From the human T2T-CHM13v2.0 reference genome, Homo sapiens: DNA of 64,000 nucleotides. Where the stretch lies: the NCBI RefSeq assembly GCF_009914755.1, contig NC_060925.1; one strand, 5' to 3'. A program made the translations under genes and the position numbers. Each line of letters starts with the position of its first letter. Within the stretch, counting starts at the first letter, position 1. The notes under the pieces were generated by a model. It was not told the DNA's origin. It saw nothing but the letters and a program-made list of their open reading frames with translations, and did not search any database. Shown piece by piece: positions 60,366-64,000 of the stretch.

Positions 60366-62249
60366 ATTAATGTAACTTCAACAGATTATATACACTTTAA
60401 GTATTAGACAGTACAATTATCTCCTGTCTGACAGCCCCGTATAGGAGATTGTTGGTGAGACAGGGGAGAGGCAGTCTGAGTAGCTATGGATGAGATGGTA
60501 TCAATGAGAATAGTTTATAATTCCACTGAGGTTCATTTTACTTTATAAGAACACAGCAGGTCCAGTGGAAAGAATGGAAACTTGGAAATCTACCCTGGTT
60601 CTGGTCCTGTGGATTGTTAATTCTGCAGCCTTGAGCAACTTAACCTAACCTCTTTCCAGGCTCTTTCCTCCCCTAAAACTGAGATGAGTATTCAGGTTTC
60701 CTGAGTGCCTGGGCAGGTCTCTTGCTATAGCAGCTGATTGGCTGCTGGCTTAATGAAGCATCTCATTCATTATTTCATGCCAGAAAGACTATTAATTATT
60801 ATATGCTGAGTGCTATGTTAGATGACTGAGAGATAACAGCCTGCCCCCCAACCAAAAACAACAACAAAAAAATGAACTGCCCCAAAGAAGCCCTTCATCT
60901 AGTAGTGGGGGAGTGGTGTGGGGTACAAGGTCCCATGCTGGACCTAGAGAACAAGTCCCATATTTGAAATTCAGGATCTGTTTGTCTGCCTTTGACCAGT
61001 CTACAGAAGGAACAAGGGGTGCTTTATGCTTCTTAGGTAGATGCAACCTACACACCCCTCCTTTTTTAGGAGTTTTTCTGGCTTTCATGGCAACTGCCAA
61101 ATAGGTTTGGTAGGCAAGAAATGCTCTCCTGAACTTTCCTAGATTGGAGGTGATTAAACTCCTTTGGAAGCCAATGCCCTTTGCTGATTTCAGTGTGTCA
61201 ATATCCTTTTAAAAATCCAGTCTTGTAGATTGTCCACCATCTTCTATATCTTCTGTCTTTCTATCTATGTCTATTGTGCTGTCTGACTCTGTCTCTCTCT
61301 TTCTGTCCCCTTCTTGAGACATATTCTTAACTCTTTTCCTTTTTTTTAGCTGTGTGGACTGTGATGTTTTTCAGAATATGATTCATTGTGTGCCAAATCT
61401 CTCAATATTTCTATTTTCTATGGATCTGATAAGCGACAAGGAGCAGGGCATTACTGGCAGCCGCCTCTATAGAAAGAACTCAGGCCCGAGGGGAAAACTC
61501 AGGCTGTGTGTAGAGAAGTAGCCCATTGAAGCAGAACTCTAGCGTTGGTGAGGATGGAATTTCTCTCTAACTCCTCCCATGCATATATTTCTATATTTTG
61601 GATCCTAATTAGCTGTGTAATTTTGGCACCATTTGCTACTTTCCTCTCTGTAAAATTAGCAATCTAAATATATGATATCCATGATGTAATCCAACTTGGA
61701 AATATTATGGCTCAACCATTTCTATGGTTCAAATGGTTATATCTGTGGAAATAAATCTGTGTCTGATAAACAGACAGGAGTTAAACCACCAGAAGGAAAA
61801 GTAATATTTAGGATTTTTGTTTAATTGACACAACAGCTCTTTGGTCACAAGTCTTTCTAATTACAAAGTTATATAACCAGCGTTCAGTTATAGTTAGTGT
61901 AAAGGTGATTTGATCCAACCTTCTTTGAAATCTACATACATAAGGAATGTCCATGGCAAAAACAATTTCCAGACACACTCAACAGAGGGTAAAATGAAAA
62001 TTTGACAGTGAAGAATAAAGCAACTTGATGCACCTATTAATTAATGCATTTATCTATTCAAAAGTTGATGGAATACCCATGATGTGCCAAGTATTATACA
62101 GTGTGCTAGGGTACAAAGATAAATAAGACAGCATATGCTTTCTAGTGGGCACACAACAAACTATTTAAAATAAAAATAAATATAGGATAACATAAAAACT
62201 TAAAATTTTACCAAAAAATAAAGAAGGCATATAGGTGTTTAAAAGTGGT

Positions 62250-62500
62250 GATGATAGTAGTATGTATGCATTGAGTACATGCCAGACAAAATTTTAAGTG
62301 ATTTAAACACATTAACCCTTTTAATATTCACAACAACTCAGAGAAGTTGGCAGTACTATTATTATCATCATTACTAAAGAAAAGTAAACTAGGCATATGG
62401 AAACTGAGTACCTGTACAAAGTGACACAGATAGTAAGTGCCATAGCCAGAGTTCAAATCCAGAGGGTCTGGACTCTGGAGCCTGTGTACTTAATACTTAA
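62250..62500 (-). mobile_element. MIR SINE
   Basis: 'cattgagtacatgccagac...caaagtgacacagatagtaagtgccatagccagagttcaaatccag'. Confidence 0.75.
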
Positions 62501-63488
62501 GCAGTGATTCTTATAAAGTATTGGGTAAGGGGTGGCCCTCAGTGTGACTGAGTAGAAAAGAAAGCCTGCAGGACTTGAGGAACAAGAACAATGTAGGTTA
62601 AGACCTGCATTATCTACTGTCAGTTTCCTATATAAAGAGGTGCCCTATTGGTTGCCACCTCTATATATCTTTTCTAGCTCCTAGTCAATCAGGCCGCAAA
62701 TTTAGATGGACCATAATGAAGTAAAAGTAGAGAGAGGCTGGCAAGTTGGTTTGATACTCTAATCACTGTTCAAGTTGCTTTTGCTCTTATTTTTAAAACA
62801 AATTTTCTAACACTTATGACCTTATTGAACTGGGGGACAATTGTGTCCACCAAATTCCTTTTCTTCCAGAAAGTTTTGATGTTTTTGTTTCCATATAGCT
62901 AAAGTAGGAAGAGGAAAACTCTTTATGAATAGCTCCCTATTAACCTCTTCTAAATTTCTTTCTTTGAATCCGATTTTACTGCCAACTCCAGGCAATAGTC
63001 CCTTCCCTTGTTGTCTGGTACTGCCCATCTAACTTGTTCATTTGTCAAGAGACAGAGACAATAGACTGGGAAGTATTTGTTAGGCGATAATTAATTGGAA
63101 ATGAGAGCATGTGTATTTTGCAATTTAGCAAAGTTACCGGAGTGAAAAAGGGATAGGCTGTTTCTGCTCACAGTCTATTCTTGTGTCTTCCCTGTTGGAG
63201 AGGACGTCTTCTAAAACCTGGACTCACAACATTGCAGCTTTAATGTCATTTGAAGAAAATTAGAAATGAGAATAGCCCACCAAAGAAACAGAATAGAAAG
63301 AGAAAGATATTTCGAGATGTCAAAAGATTTACAAAATGAGAGATTAATAAATAGGATATTCTTTCATATCAGTGTGGCCCCAGACAGAAGTGAAGATTTC
63401 ATGCACATTTTGGAAAATTGACCTAGCAGAGAAAAATAAGAAGGCAGGGGAGAGCACTGCTTTGCCAGTTCTATGCAGCCATGGCATC

Positions 63489-63984
63489 TGTGGTTGCCAG
63501 CTTTTGAGATGGCTCCCAATGATCCTGGTTTCTTGGTATTCACATCATTGTACTGGGATCGGTGTATCTGACCAAAGGCATGTGACAGAGGTGCTGGTAT
63601 ACAACTTTGCTCTGAATTAAAAGAGTCACTGCAATTTGTGTCTTGTGTGCTTCACCCACTGCCCACCACGTCTGATCAGTAGCCTGGAAGAAGGCTACTG
63701 TTGTGGGCAGCTCTATGAAAAAGTCCACCTAGTGGGAGACTGAGGTTTCCTACTAACAGCCACCCTGAGTGATCTTGGAAACAAATTATCTGGACTGATC
63801 AAACCTCAGATAACTACAGCCTTAGCCATCATCTTGATTACAGTCTCATGAGAGACCTTGAATTAGAACCACCTTGGTAAGCCACCGCTGGAATCCTGAC
63901 CCACAGAAACGGAGATATTATGTTTGATGTTTTAAGCTGCACAATTTGGAGATATTTATTATGCATCAAAACATAACTAATACA
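63489..63984 (+). mobile_element. MLT1F-like MaLR solo LTR
   Basis: Start 'tgtggttgccagc...gatggctcccaatgatcct', 'aatcctgacccacagaaac', end 'ataactaataca'. Confidence 0.8.
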
Positions 63985-64000
63985 GCTCCATCACTTATTT

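Overview
Human (primate) AT-rich, repeat-rich intronic DNA; there is no prokaryotic content. Two large retroelements lie on the + strand. (1) A complete but dead ~8.8-kb class I provirus of the HERV-I/IP/ADP supergroup (best guess HERVP71A/LTR71), 17807-26606, with two LTRs, a GTCA target-site duplication (TSD), a tRNA-Pro-like PBS, gag/pro/pol/env remnants, an internal AluY and an apparent GA->AA hypermutation signature. (2) A full-length human-specific L1HS pre-Ta LINE-1, 29437-35499, with a perfect 14-bp TSD, open ORF0 and ORF1, ORF2 broken by a single extra A, and a private 13-bp 5'UTR duplication. The rest is older Alu, MIR, L2, L1M, MaLR/ERVL LTR and Tigger elements plus microsatellites and small local duplications. 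The best host-gene signal is a 42-nt, frame-preserving microexon on the - strand (48607-48648, xIIEPTTSSPVTSPx) that the ORF track misses. From memory it matches an alternative stalk exon of the GPI-anchored IgLON gene NEGR1, which would put the window in the last intron of NEGR1 with both retroelements antisense to it. That assignment and the repeat subfamily names are recalled, not searched. I found no evidence for a wholly new multi-gene system.
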